From Octopus sinensis (lineage: Eukaryota), in contig NC_042997.1 of assembly GCF_006345805.1 (NCBI RefSeq), positions 144,894,001 through 144,958,000 on the forward strand: a DNA stretch of 64,000 nt, read 5' to 3'. Numbering within the stretch: position 1 is the stretch's first letter; each line of letters starts with the position of its first letter. The notes below the pieces were generated by a model. It was not told the origin of the DNA. It worked only from the letters and a program-made list of their open reading frames with translations, and searched no databases. Of the stretch, positions 39,880 through 52,960 are shown one piece after another. A program made the translations under genes and the position numbers.

Positions 39880-41443
39880 CCCCCTCTTTGATTCTCTCTC
39901 CTTTCTCTCTCACTTTCCCCACTCTCTTACTCTTCCTTTCTCTCGGACTTGCTTTCTCTTACTCTCTATCTTTATCTATCTCTCTCCCATTTATAAACAA
40001 CAAAAGATCTTAAGTAAGTTGAGAAATAAAATATTTAGAAAGATCAATCATAAATATCAAGCAGTAACAATGGAAAGGTCTGCTTCAAGGCAGACAGCAA
40101 AACACTAACATTTAAAAGGGAGAGACGAACTTGCGAGCTGAATAAAAATAATAAAATATTGGAAACCAAAGTTTGAAGGGATAGAATCTGAGGATAGTAG
40201 AGTCACCATGGCTGGCATTTCTTAACGACGGACAGCAACGTTTTGACAGCTTAACGGCTGGCGTAAAATTTTGAACTTGATGTAAAAGAAAATCCCTAAC
40301 AACAAGTTTTGAATTGATTCTTTCTCACGACAGTAGACTCACACCATGGCAAGCATTCAAAACTTCTTCATCTTGGACGGCAACACATTGACGATTAAAA
40401 GGCTGGCGCAAATTTTTTAGCTTGATGTAACAGAGAATTCCTAAACACACACCCGCTCCTTTAAATTTTAATCCCCTTCCAGCCCCATTTAGACCCTTTT
40501 CACATTTTGTTATATAACCCGATTGACATTTCATTTGGGTCTACTGGGGCCAACATTTTATAAGATGAGGAATTTTGTCCTAGAGGTCACGCCTTTCATT
40601 TGAAGGAAAAAAATAGTTGTGTGATGCAAACTTGCGAGCACTTTTAACATAGGTCTGAATATTTTCAGCTCAACCGACCACATATACACACATTATATAT
40701 ATATATATGTTATATGTTTGTGTGTGTGTGTGTGGAGTCTCTCTCATACGTGAGCGTTGACGCTGAATTCGACTGGTAAGCAGGTAACCTTGTCTTTGTT
40801 GAAATAGTTGTGAGCTGCTGGAGTTATTTCCCTGACGGGTAATAGGAATTTCCATATCCTCCGAGGAAATTAACTGTTGACCCAGACAATTAGAATTAAT
40901 TTTAATAAAGCATCAATTTAAGAAAAATAATAAAGTAGTAAAAAATGAAAATTTAGAACGAAATTTGCAGGGTTCTAAATAAATGTTAATGTAAATGATA
41001 CGAAAAACCTACGTTATCACCAGAACACGAACGCTGGTTGCTGTGTTCTGTTTGTATTTGCTCCGTCGGCGCGTTGACAGGCAAACAATAGAATGCGATG
41101 GCGGTGGCGATGATAATTCTCTCTATGAATGCAGACAGATACATAAAAGAAGGCCATTTGAGGAAGTGAAAGTAATGGGAATGTATGAAATAGAGTGAGT
41201 GAAAAAGTGATGGGAAAAGAGGAAATAGCGAGAGTGAGTTGAGGAAGACAGATACATTAAAGCACCGGAGTGGACTTGTCAAAGTGGGTTTTTGGCCCTA
41301 GCAACGACACCTTTTAAGATAGGGATTTCTAAGGTAGCCCACGGGCATCGACACCTCATTTTACATGTCCCTGTAAATTTTGGAGTCAATCGGACGGGAT
41401 GTAGTGGCCTTGAAAGCGATCCAAGCGGTAAAAATGCATTTCA

Positions 41444-41470
<27 letters not shown>
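39485..41470 (-). mobile_element. Probable non-autonomous Helitron of about 2 kb carrying a SINE insertion
   Basis: Minus-strand 3' end cccgcgcgtagagcggg hairpin, 10 nt, CTAG|T at 39485. The far end tttcagtttt(at)n resembles the 5' ends at 52941 and 55217. Single-element continuity is inferred. Confidence 0.6.
39556..39876 (+). mobile_element. 5'-truncated SINE with RTE-like tail ending in (GAT)n
   Basis: ggcgttaggaagggcatcc central motif and ccaacccgtgctagcacggaaaacggacgttaaacgatgatgat tail. Confidence 0.75.
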
Positions 41471-41491
<21 letters not shown>

Positions 41492-41638
41492 AACACGTTG
41501 TACCGAGATGCAATTCGAAAAATCCCGCCATTTACATAGATGTATAAAGGATGAACATTTCTATATGCTACGTTGGATACATTGGTTATTCGCCTGGTAT
41601 ATTAATTTTTGTTCATTCGTTATAAATCGTGAATTATG

Positions 41639-41699
41639 GTTGCACTGAAGATTAAAAAGTGCATGTATGCACTAATTAGGAAATCATGTGATTTGCAGC
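41639..41699 (+). ncRNA. Near-canonical type I hammerhead ribozyme motif
   Basis: gttgca-CTGAAGA-ttaaaaagtgca(tgta)tgcactaattag-GAAA-tcatgtga-TT-tgcagc: all core nucleotides present, 6-bp stem I, 10/12-bp stem II, 2-3-bp stem III. Confidence 0.65.
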
Positions 41700-41832
41700 T
41701 GAATTCTGTTTTTAAATGGCTCGCTTCGAGAGTTGCATTCTCTCGCATTCGATACGATGTGTTGATTTATTTTGGTAGTTTTGACTTTAAGAGTCCCTCC
41801 TAGCGTGTGGCATTTATGTATAGTAATGTCCT

Positions 41833-41868
<36 letters not shown>

Positions 41869-42099
41869 TATACACATATATACACATAAAAATACACACA
41901 TACAACACACACACACACAACACACACACAAATATATATACATATACATACATATAAAAACATGACCACATGCGCATGAATATACCCACACAGGCATAAA
42001 TACACGCACACAGAGACAAGACATACATACACATATACCTATGAGTATAATAAGAACTAATAAAAAAAATGAAAAAGAGGTTATCAATAAGACTATTTA

Positions 42100-42750
42100 A
42101 GATCAATGAAAAGAAATTTGAACATATGTTTACAAGAAAAGAACTCTTTCATCTCTCGAATTTAAGATAGAACCATTCATTTTCATAATTATATAAGACT
42201 CTTCTAGACATAAAAAACAAGTTCTGTTTCTAATCCTATAAGAAGGGGCAGAAGAAACAATATTTCAAGAAACTGAGAAATTTATGTTATCTCTTTTAAG
42301 TTGCCATACTTTTTTGGATAAACTAGAACTACTTTCTTTCCGTGTATCATTAAAAGATGATTTAAGATGATTCAAACGTAATTTAAGAGGGGTCTGCGTG
42401 CAACCTATATAATGATACCTAGAGACAATATGTGTTGTAATAGTAGCTTTATATACATTTTTCATTTTACAATTACCTTTAACCTCACAGGCGTTAGGGT
42501 TTCTATAGTTACAATTGTTACTAATATTAGACGTTCTATTGTTATGTGTATGTGTGTTGATAGAGGTATAGTTTGTCTGAGTATGGAAATCGTTGATAGA
42601 AGATACAGAACTTTTTGAATAATTGGGGGTTAGTATTAGTAGTAGAAGACGTTAAATTCTTGCAGTAAAGATTTAGTTTTCTATTGTTGAAGGAAGAAAT
42701 AATCTTAAATAAGTTAGAAGAAACATAAAAGCCAAATCTAATCATTCTGT
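42100..42750 (-). mobile_element. Penelope-like element 3' part with GIY-YIG endonuclease, degraded
   Basis: NVYKATITT..YHYIGCTQTPLKLRLNHLKSSF..SSSLSKKVWQLK..CFLCLEE; upstream FKIISSFNNRKL. Confidence 0.85.
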
Positions 42751-42762
42751 TGTTTTTTTTCT

Positions 42763-42836
<74 letters not shown>

Positions 42837-43333
42837 TTTAAATATATATATAACACACACACACATATACATATATACATATGTATGTATGTATTATGTA
42901 AGTATGTATCTGTGTATGCATATGCAAGTATTATGCATGTATGTATCTAGAGGGGCCCTGGTTCATGTGTTCCAGGGATTTTGAGGAGAGTGAAAACTCA
43001 CCTTAGCCACTTTTTCCCAGGTCTACGCTATTTCGGAGCAGGGGCATCTGTAAAGATACCAGCTATGAGTTAAATAACAAGTGGATCGTTGGGAATAAAG
43101 AACTCCCAGTTCCCTTTAGAACTTCCTTCTAGGAGAAGGTAAACTCATGTAAAAACACGAAGTGCATTGGCTTGCGTTGTGCCACTGGTTTTATAGCTGA
43201 TTGCGATGAAATCCTTCTCTATCTACCGCAAGTGATACAAGACATTTTGTAACATATTTAAAGCCTTTCAAATTTGATCTTAAAGAACCCTTGTACATAC
43301 ATACATACATGCATACATACATACATACATACA

Positions 43334-43367
<34 letters not shown>

Positions 43368-43379
43368 CACACACTTGTG

Positions 43380-43600
43380 TGCCTGTATGCATGTATATAT
43401 GTGTGTGTGAGTGAGTTAGTGTCTTTGTGTTGGTCCTCCACCCCTTGAAACCGGTATTGATTTGCTTACGTCCCTGTAATTTAGTGGGTTGAGATAGGAT
43501 ATTAGAGTTACAAAATTAAAAGTACTGGGGTCAATTTGTTTAGCTAAACTCTTCAAGACAGTGCCCCAACATAGCCACAGGCCAATAGCTGGAAGAGGTA
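43380..43600 (+). mobile_element. CORE-type SINE 3' half, diverged
   Basis: gcttacgtccctgtaatttag..gtactggggtcaatttg..gtgccccaacatagccacagg. Confidence 0.65.
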
Positions 43601-43729
43601 GAAAATAAAATGGTTTTTAAAATACTGACATAAGACCAACACAAAAAATAGATAAATAAATAGTATTGAAATACTGAGAGGTTTTACTCAAACCACTTCA
43701 AGTTTGTGAAAAATAATTGTTTTTAATAA

Positions 43730-43925
43730 TGACACAAGGCCAGCAATTTTGAGGCTAGTGGGTAAGTCAATTAATCGACTCCATAAGTTGACTGATGCTT
43801 TATTATATCGAACCCGAAAGGATATAACTCATAGTCGACGTCAGTGGGGTTTGAACTCAAAACGTAAAAAACCTTCAGAAATGCCGCTAAGGATGTTGTC
43901 TAACGCGCTGACGATTCTACCGTGA
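43730..43925 (-). mobile_element. Second-family SINE, diverged
   Basis: Homologous to 21075-21300. Confidence 0.7.
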
Positions 43926-44249
43926 AAAATAATGCTACTTCGTTTTCAATATGACAACATCAAAGTCAGAAGTGGGTGCTTTCTTCAAAGTACAATTTAT
44001 TTCCATATTTTTGTTTTAAAATAACGAGTATTATTATGGAGAAATTAGAAAAAGAAACTGACAAGAATTATTATGAATTAATTTTCAGTTTCACAAGAAT
44101 TAATATGGATCAATTTTCAAGTTCATAACGATTATTATGGATTAAATTTCAAGTTCACAAACGGTATAAAGGAAAACATAAATAAACATACTGAAATAAA
44201 AATAGCACAGAAACAAAATTAATAATAAAAAAAGAAAGATAAAAGAGCT

Positions 44250-45950
44250 GAAGAATTTAATTTAAAGCAACCCCTTAAGTTTTGGGAAAAAAATATGCTG
44301 CTCATAACAAAATAAAAATGAAAGCGTTTAGATGGCAAAGCAATTTGAATGCTGTCTTCAGCGTCAACTGATTCCAGATTCACAAATGCCTAAAAAATTT
44401 TTTACACAGAAAGCAGCAATATTTTTGTCACTTCAGCGTGTTCAATTTGGAAAGCCTTTGCACATTTTAACGTATAAAATGAAAGACCTGTCTTCTTTTG
44501 AAATTCTATGAGTGCTTCCCTGCCAGTGTTCCCTTGGAAGCTTTAGGCTCTTCAGCACCGTTACTGTCAGGCATATCAGCAACGTTACTGTCAGGCATAT
44601 CAGCAACGTTACTGTCAAAAAGATTCTCAACCCAGCCGACAGGGCATGAATAAAACTATGCAATCAGAGAATCATTGTTTAATTTTGCTTTGTAGCTGTT
44701 TGATACGTGATATCAATATCATCACAGGTTTAACTAAAAATGAAAAAAAGAAAATTCTCCTAATTTTAGAAAGCAAGTATGAATTTGATTTTGTTTTTTT
44801 TGTTGTTTTTTTTCCAGTATAAAAGCCTTGAACTAAATTCTGAAATCTTTTCTCTGGATATAATTACATGGAGGTCTTTCTCTTGTAATTCCCTATTCAA
44901 TACATTGGTATACCAAAAGAAAAAAAAACGAAATGTTCTAACTAAATGAAGTTACTGAACTTTTCTGTGAGAGAGTGTTTTTGATCCACCAAATAGATTT
45001 TAAGTACAGTTGTGGGAATCCAAATTCTCTGAAAAAATCATGACATGAAAAGCACCCCCACTTCTATACGACAAAATTCCAGAATATCCATTCTTCCCAC
45101 CCCTGCATAAAGCAAAAAACAGCCATCGTGAGTATAGTGCAGGTACTTTGAGAGCATTGGCAATTTTGATTATTTCACTGATGGTTACTTCCATTTCAAC
45201 ATTCCAACTACTTCATAACTAATGCCTGGTGATGGATCACACAAATAACCTAAATATTAGGTCATATGTAAACAAACATAAGTTTGCTTTTGAAGCGCTG
45301 AAATGCATTGTAATACAAGTAGAAAGATATATTTTTCAATGCGTAACTACTGATAGAACAGCATATATAGGGTAAAATCCAGCAATAGCTGGGAAGTTAG
45401 CCCATCGACAAACCGGCATCCTGTTCAGGGAAGGGGGTTTGTAATCTCAATCATACGTCACGGAAACCTGCTTAAACACCTTGTCTTATGCGTCATGGAG
45501 CTTATGACGAATCTAAGTCAGGATGGGTGCCAAAATTAGACATTTTTATTTGCTCCTAGAAAATGGCGAAGGTGAATTGTCAAATACGCCAGTGTACTAA
45601 GAATTGGGTCTCTTCAGTCTACATATATAACAACAGAAAAATGTTAGAGAACACTTGATTTCAGCCTCTTTCAATCGTATACACTTTGGTAAATAAATAA
45701 TCCTCATCAACCCCATACGTTTAAAAAAAAAAACCCTTTAATGAACTCCATTCAACATTTGACACTTTTCTTGAAAAACAACATTCCTCGTTTGTTTTTT
45801 CTTGCACTAAATATTGTACTTTGGCTATGATGCTGCTCAAGATTTATTGTTTAATAACATATTCTTGAACAGCTAACATTTCATTAAAATGTTTAAAATG
45901 AAAAGGTTTTATGTGCGTGAGTATTTCGGAATTATATCGGGACAGATCGA
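44250..45950 (-). pseudogene. hAT (Charlie/SPIN-like) transposase relic with frameshifts, stops and an internal insertion near 45380-45530
   Basis: Across frames: VIHHQAL (HCIIHQ.AL), EIIKIANALK, WVENLFDSNVADMP (W..NPF), ALIEFQ, GFPN, ICESGIS (LCE.GFS). Confidence 0.7.
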
Positions 45951-46559
45951 ATTGGAACTTCTAATAAAAAGATTCGTGGAACAGTTCACAGACTAGGGTA
46001 TTAATCTTGTTTCCAAACATGATTCCATAGAATTAAGTTAATGATAAAACCAAAATCTTACTTGATTGGGAGTTAGTCTAGATTCATAAGCTGTAACAGC
46101 CCACATACTGATTGAATAAAGATTAAACATTGGTTATATAGAACTTTGGAAACGTGTCATTCAGTAAAAAAATATTCACAAATTTTCATTCGACACAAGA
46201 AACTTTGATATAGATATGTTCCAAGTGAAGATATAATAACCATGCTATATACAAATAAAAGCTATATCCAAATCCTTGGATACATTTTACAACATAGAGC
46301 ATGCTGTCTCTCTTCTCTCTTTCCCCTTCTCTCTTTCTCTCTCTTCCTCACACGCGCGCGTACACGGAAAGTTTGGTAAAAGTTCGGGTATGAATTTTAT
46401 TCCAAACATTATTATTCATTACCCTAAGAAAGATAAAAGAGATCAAAGTAATAAGCTGCTTATCTACATATACGCATAAAGATGATATACGAAAGTATGT
46501 ATATCTTTGTATACATATATGCATACAAAAATATCAGTACATAAAAGGAAACATATATA

Positions 46560-46900
46560 TATATGGAAATATATGCAATTTTAAAGCATTGGAGATGCAA
46601 TTATACACTAAGCTTCCTAGAGTATCTGAGACCATTAAAAAAGGAGATCGTTCTGCTGGACACCGGCAGAGAAATAAAGAGAAACTGGTTAGTGATACTA
46701 TGTTTTACTATATATCAGCATGGTCGAAGACGAATTGGTGCCCTGCAAAAATATATGTCGATATGATGCCATTGGATGCCACTGAAAGGAGCTATCACTT
46801 GTCACGGAAGATAGCAATTGGTGGAGGATCGGGATCATGCGAAAATGAGCACGGGCTGGAGCAGATTATGGCGAGAATGTGATATTTAGAACCAACCTAA
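46560..46900 (+). mobile_element. RTE-clade LINE C-terminal fragment
   Basis: DRSAGHRQRNKEKLVSD..CPAKIYVD resembles RFAGHC.R.KEELVS..GRPAKTYVD. Confidence 0.6.
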
Positions 46901-47089
46901 TTAGTAACATCAAATATTTTAGAATTTATCTTATAGCTGCTTCGAAGTCGCGTGGCCCAATTGTTAAGGTGGATATGGTTTAATCTAACATGGCTTCATC
47001 AGTGTTAGTTCCTTAAAGTTCATTCGATTAGATGTCACTAAATTAATTATCATTACTATGACTTAATCAGATCAAGGCGTCTCTATAGG

Positions 47090-47290
47090 TCGAGCTTGTT
47101 TCTTCTCATTAAGCAGTCACAGATCCGGTACTACGGACATGTGGTCAGAATTTCACAGGATAGAATCGCAAGATGGATTCTTCAAGCTGAACCAACTGGC
47201 AGGAAACCTAGATGTAGACCAAGAAAGAGATGGTTAGATAATACTCATAATCTCAATCGGTCAGGCTTTGGAATCAATCGTTGCTTCTGA
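47090..47290 (+). mobile_element. RTE-like LINE C-terminal fragment
   Basis: QIRYYGHVVRISQDRIARWIL..GRKPRCRPRKRWLD. Confidence 0.7.
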
Positions 47291-47639
47291 TAGGATCGTG
47301 TGGATGAGGTGTCTGAGAACAGGGTGGGGAAGATGAATGGATGGATGACCTAATCAATGAAGAAAGAACATCAGCTATAACCAGGATCAGTGGAAGGAAA
47401 GTGAAGAAAAAAATTACAAATACAGGTGTACCGATCAAGGAATAAAGATCCCAGATTATCTCTTCTAAAACTGGAAACTGGAGACCACCTCGTTTCAATC
47501 CTTGCAATACGGAAGACAAGGTTGGACGAAATCACCCAAGAGCCAACTAATGGAGGTTAAATAATGCCTCAGATTAGGTCTACCACCCACGTTGCATTTT
47601 CACTGGTCCCAGCATGGCATCACAAAGCAAACAAAAATT

Positions 47640-48311
47640 GCTGTGTACCGTTCATGTGTACTGACATCGATCTTTACTCATGTGAGTATTGGACCCTTTA
47701 CAAACGTCATGTAAGGGTCCTTGAACGCTTTCATCAGAGGTGTCTCAGCCACATTCTGAATGTTGGCTGGCCCTTAAAAACTCCAGACACACAGGTCCTG
47801 AGGACAGCTGATATTTTGAGTATTCAGGCGATGGTGCACAAACACCGTTTACGTTGGACTAGACACCTTATTAGAATGACAGATAGCAGGATCCCTAAGC
47901 AGATGCTATATGGGGAACTTGTGAATGGGAAGAAACTCCAGCAGAAACCAAGGCCGCGATTTAATGACTGTGTCAAGTCCTCATTAAAGGCCCGTGATAT
48001 GCAGGAGACTGATGGGAGAGCAATGCCTGTCATCGTCATAGATGGAGGAAGCAGGTTAAGGAGGGGGTCGACACCTTTGAGAGAGCAGATATTCTGCATG
48101 AAGAACTTAAGCGTGCTGCTCGAAAGCGCACTGCTGGTGTAGTGAATGGAGAAAGCTTGGTTTGCAATGTTTGCAGTCGTGTATGATTGTCAAGAACAGA
48201 GCTCATTAGCCACCGGCGGAGCCGCAAATGCAAAATATAAGTTAGTCCTAGAGCGCACAATGTTCCTGAAGGTCAGCAATGGTCTTCCTCGGTCACGAGT
48301 GGACGGCCATC

Positions 48312-48312
<1 letters not shown>
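47640..48312 (+). mobile_element. RTE-BovB-like LINE 3' fragment
   Basis: LYSCEYWTLYKRHVRVLERFHQRCL..RLRWTRHLIRMTDSRIPKQMLYGEL..; terminal CNVCSRV..SRTELISHRR; ends ggacggccatcat. Confidence 0.85.
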
Positions 48313-48343
<31 letters not shown>

Positions 48344-48414
48344 GTATGTGTATGTATGTATATATGTTTATATATATTATATATTTATATATGTGTGTAT
48401 GTATTAATTACATA

Positions 48415-48573
48415 GGCGCATGAAGGGTTGTGTGGTAAACAGCTTGCTTACCAACCACATTGTTCCGGATTCTGTCCCACTGCATGGCACCTTGGGTAAG
48501 AGTCTTCTACTTTGGCCACGGACGGACCAAATCTTTATGAATGGATTTGGTAGACGGAAACTAAAAGAAGCAC

Positions 48574-48637
<64 letters not shown>

Positions 48638-48865
48638 TGTGTGTGTGTGTGTGTGTATGTATGTTTATGTATCTGTGTTTGTCGCCCACTATCGTTTGAC
48701 AACCGATGATGGTGTTTACGTCCCCGTAATATAGCTGTCCGGCAAAAGAAACCGATAGAATGAGTACTAGGCTTACAAAGAATAAGTCCTGAGGTTGATT
48801 CCTTCAACTGAAGTTGGTGCTGCAGCATGGCCGCAGTCAAATAACTGAAACAAAAAAGAAGAAAA
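48415..48865 (+). mobile_element. Full-length CORE-type SINE
   Basis: Head, CORE, microsatellite and tail collinear with 25386-25791. Confidence 0.85.
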
Positions 48866-49027
48866 GAATAAATACATGTTTTTAAATATATATATATATA
48901 TATTATATTCATACATATGCATATATATACATATATACACTTATAAATCCATACATACATACACACACACACATATATATACACATTATTTTACTTATAG
49001 GCATACACACAGAGGCACATATACACA

Positions 49028-49065
<38 letters not shown>

Positions 49066-49249
49066 CACATGCACATACACACAGAGTTAACTCCATACTG
49101 AATGCGAAGTCGAATTGTAGGAATTCAATTTGGTACGACTTTTTAGCGCACGAAAATTGAAATCCTTCCTTCTCTGATGATCCGTTGGCTCATTAATCAG
49201 CTTGCTTTTTATCTGTCATCATGTGATACGATTCTGCAATTATTTATGA

Positions 49250-50560
49250 ATTTTCAAAATACATCTGGTATTATTGTTTTATATAAAATGTCACCAGTAA
49301 ATATAGAAAGTATGAGAACTGCTTGTGCTGCAAGCGCTTCTGCTACAAAGAGAAAGAGACATATTTCTTTACGTTGGTGCAAAAATTTGATATATTCGAA
49401 TGTCAGTATATACGTTAGACATAGAGATCTTGACATACATAAATCGACAGCACGAAATATAATTCAACTTGCAGCTGAAATAAAAGGAAAAGATAAATTA
49501 GCATCGGCGTTTTATTGTTTGCAAACAAATTCTAGATTTAGAAGCATTGATAGAAATGGAACGTTTTTCTATTGCGTGAACTGAGGATTGTAATACAAAT
49601 ATATTCCCCCATCCAAAGATTGCTACGCAAGCAAAAGCTTTGAGTATATATTTACCGTTGTGAAAAATAACAGTATTCAAACCAAGTGTGTCTGGTTTTA
49701 GCAATTTAAGAATAGAACTCAGCTACGTAATGAAAACATCCGTGGAAAATCAGCCGGTGCTAATAAAGAAGGTACAACAAAGTACTCTGCTTTATCTAAA
49801 GGAAATAATTGCAAAGAAGTACAGGGAACAACAGATAGTTAACGCGAAAGAAGCCGAAATATTTCAGTAAAGAGTGCCTTCAAGATGTTTCTAAAAATGA
49901 AAAATCTCAACCAAGATTTGAAGTTTGTAAGGATCGTCTGACTGTCATTTGGAAGAAATGCAGATGGAGATTCCAGTTTTTAAAAGAAATGGTTGTATAC
50001 CGTACACTAAAAGATACAAACATTCTCTCTCTATATATATTTCTATATATTTTTGGCCAGCCGATGTAGAAGGTTAGCGAAAAGCTGTCTTTCGACCGCC
50101 AAATACGTCTTTAGTACAACCAACGGAGCAAGAATTAATTACGTATAAATTCTTCTACCTAAGACGAAGGTTTGAAGACTGCGCTCAAATAACAAGCTAT
50201 AATGCAATTTCTTTGGTTGACTTCTGTAAGAAATATATCAGAAATAATATTAATATTTACCATACTTAAGAGAAAATAAATTCAAGCAGCACTCGTGAAG
50301 TACGGATATTATTATTGCTACCTCATTGCATAAATGATTTAGAATAATCTAAATTTTTCAAGCAATATCTAATACTAGAAGAATCCTGTATTACATGTTG
50401 CTGAAAAAATTACACGCTTTGAAAAACAGATTGGTTTTGATGAAGTTAGTTCTACAAATATTCATTAATTGCTCGTGTATAACAGAAGTATTATCTGATG
50501 TTGACTGACTTTCTTTAGATAAAGAGGAACAAAATTATAAAGAAAATGCCAGTGAGCAAA
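49250..50560 (+). pseudogene. Tigger/pogo-like transposase relic
   Basis: TKRKRHISL (psq HTH start), FKPSVSG, RGKSAGA (GESASA), VNAKEAEIFQ*RVPSRCF (FNADETGLFWK.MP.RT), RFEVCKDRLTV (GFK.SKDRLT), GRNADGD. Confidence 0.8.
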
Positions 50561-51239
50561 TTTAGCAGTTCTCTATCAAGAAATATGAAAATACAAATAG
50601 AAATGTACAAATATTAAACGAAATGATCATAAATGCCGATTCCAAAATCAAAAGAAACGCGCAAGTCAGCTGAAATGTTGACAAAGTTGTCCTAACCTAC
50701 AAACGTTTATTTGAGAATTTAAAGAAATAGAAGTTGATGCAGTACTACTCTGTTTATTGTTTTCTCTTTGTTGGAAGCCATTCTTAATAAAGTGGCAAGT
50801 ACCCAGAAATTAAATAAGCCTTAAGCAACCTTTTAGTTTGTTGGAAATTACAAAAGAAAAAATAAATAATGAAAAGCTGTCAATTAAACCATGAAACAAC
50901 GAGCAGAAGAGTTAAAAGAATTAAGATTATATCTATCAAGGAAACGAGTAGTAAGAGAATTCCATAAAACAGATGTTCGAAGAAAATAGCTAGAAGAGTA
51001 GAAACACTTCTTACAAGATAGGACAACAACAATGAAAGATAAGAATTAAGAGAAAGACCACTGACTCGAATAATAACCTTGAGAGAAGGAACAAGACAAG
51101 AAATGTTGGCAGAGCAACGAAATATTTATAGAATAAAGATAGATGTAGTGTACCGACATTGAGAGAAAGGCTGAAGTTTGGCTGCCTAAACAGGAACGAC
51201 AAGGTTAGAAAATTGCTTTTGAACTCAATCAAGGAAAAC

Positions 51240-51400
51240 TGGCAGAAACGTTACCACGCCTGGAAAAATGCTTAGCAGTATTTCGTCCGTCCTTACGCTT
51301 CGTGTTCAAATTCCGCCGAGGTTGAATTTACCTTTCATTCTTACAGAGTTGATAAAATAGAGTACCAGCTGAGCCCTGGGGTCGATGTAATCAACTTAAT
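51240..51400 (+). mobile_element. Second-family SINE
   Basis: tggcagaaacgtta..ttcaaattccgccgaggttg..gtaccagctgagccctggggtcgatgtaatc. Confidence 0.75.
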
Positions 51401-51604
51401 CACTCCCGGATAAGAGTATAGAAAACTGCACAAGCCATGTAAAGCCAGTGGAGCAGAGTAGGCTCATCAAATGGTTGTATATAGAACGTTGAATCTCTTA
51501 AATTTCTTTCCTACAGAAGTCTTTTCCTGTAGCTGTCAACTTTCTAGAATATGTTATATAGTATATATATTATATACATCGTCGATTTTCTATATTATAT
51601 AATT

Positions 51605-52241
51605 CTAGCGTGACCCGTGAATATTTCACGGAATTAATGGTAACCCTATTGGTTTATTTCTGAAAACTTTATCCAAAATAACCTGAAAGTGTAGCTTGTT
51701 TTGTATCCGTATGGAAAGACAGTCGCTCATCTGCTACTCATTGAAAAGTGAAAGAAATTGGAATACGATGATTACTTAATGCACTTTATATATACACTTT
51801 ATATATTTTACGCACGCTTCTATAGACTTGATGCACAGCACAAATATTTACTCTTATTTTCCTATTTTTCCATAAACAAAAACAAAAATTTATCCTACAT
51901 ACGATACACCCTTTAGTTAAACTGCATATATTTTCCACTTTAATAAGCGTCAGTATTTCACAAAATTGCACTTATGCGCGTGCGTTAAGTGATAGGTGGT
52001 ATAAAAAACTTTGTTCAATTAAAAAAAATACACTTTTCACTATCCAATCACCACCACCTCCACCACCACCACCATTATCGTCTCTTTTCCCCTCCCTCTC
52101 TCTCTCCCCTCTTTCTCTCCCTCCTCTCTCTTCTCTCTCTCTTCCCCTTCTCTCTGCCTTTCTTTAACCTCACTATCGGAACATCACCCCACTGCTAAAA
52201 TTATTGCATTCCCCCTACTTCATATCATGGACGCTTCTCTT

Positions 52242-52286
<45 letters not shown>

Positions 52287-52510
52287 TTATCTCACTCCGT
52301 CTTTTTCTCTCTCTCTCTCTCTCTCTTTGTTTCTCCCTCTTTTTCTCTCTCCCTTTTCTTTCTCCTCTATTTCCTTGAAAACGCTACAATTACATTCCCT
52401 CTACCTCCTGTTATGGACGCTTCTCTCTCCCTCTTTTTCTCTAAACACGTAAAAGCGTTACCGACAGGCTAAGTAACGCAATGACAAGCGTTTGCTATAT
52501 TATATATATA
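51605..52510 (-). mobile_element. Non-autonomous Helitron inserted in the left Merlin TIR
   Basis: Perfect hairpin ccgtgaa(tat)ttcacgg 6 nt from CTAG at 51605; the TIR resumes collinearly after 52510. Confidence 0.65.
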
Positions 52511-52558
52511 TTTCCTGGAGCAGTCGACTTGCTATTGCATAATATATATATATATATA

Positions 52559-52960
52559 CTAGCAGTATCGCCCGGCGTTGCTCGGGTTTGTAAGGGAAAT
52601 AACTATATAAGCATTTTTAGAGATGTAAAGTATAATAGCCATCTCAATATGGCTAACCAAAAAGGGGGGGGTGTTACTGTAGCTTTTTACGTTCTGAGAT
52701 TTAATAATAAATTTTTAGAGAGTTACTTCCCTTATATATGCCAAAAATGCATTAAAAATGGGAAAAATTGATGGTAATTTTTTTTTAAATCGTAGACTCA
52801 TCGTAGACGCGCGCTAATACCCAGAAGGGCTCGATATGAATCACGACTATAAGATGCCCGGTTTTGGTTAAACTGCACCGCAAATTGTGGGAGTAGTTAG
52901 GAATCTAAATCGTAGGAGACAGACACCACACAACCTCACTTTTATATATATATATATATA
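52559..52960 (-). mobile_element. Non-autonomous Helitron, about 400 bp
   Basis: Minus-strand 3' end cccgagcaacgccggg hairpin, 8 nt, CTAG|T; 5' end in a TA run. Confidence 0.8.

Noticed and set aside
40325-40534. ORF inside the Helitron as a possible helicase fragment
   Set aside because: No Pif1 motif; it is one copy of an internal tandem duplication.
44500-44660. Apparent terminal exon FYSCPVGWVENLFDSNVADMPDSNVADMP with an AG acceptor
   Set aside because: It is collinear with hAT transposase motifs on both sides; the 24-bp repeat is a local duplication in a relic.
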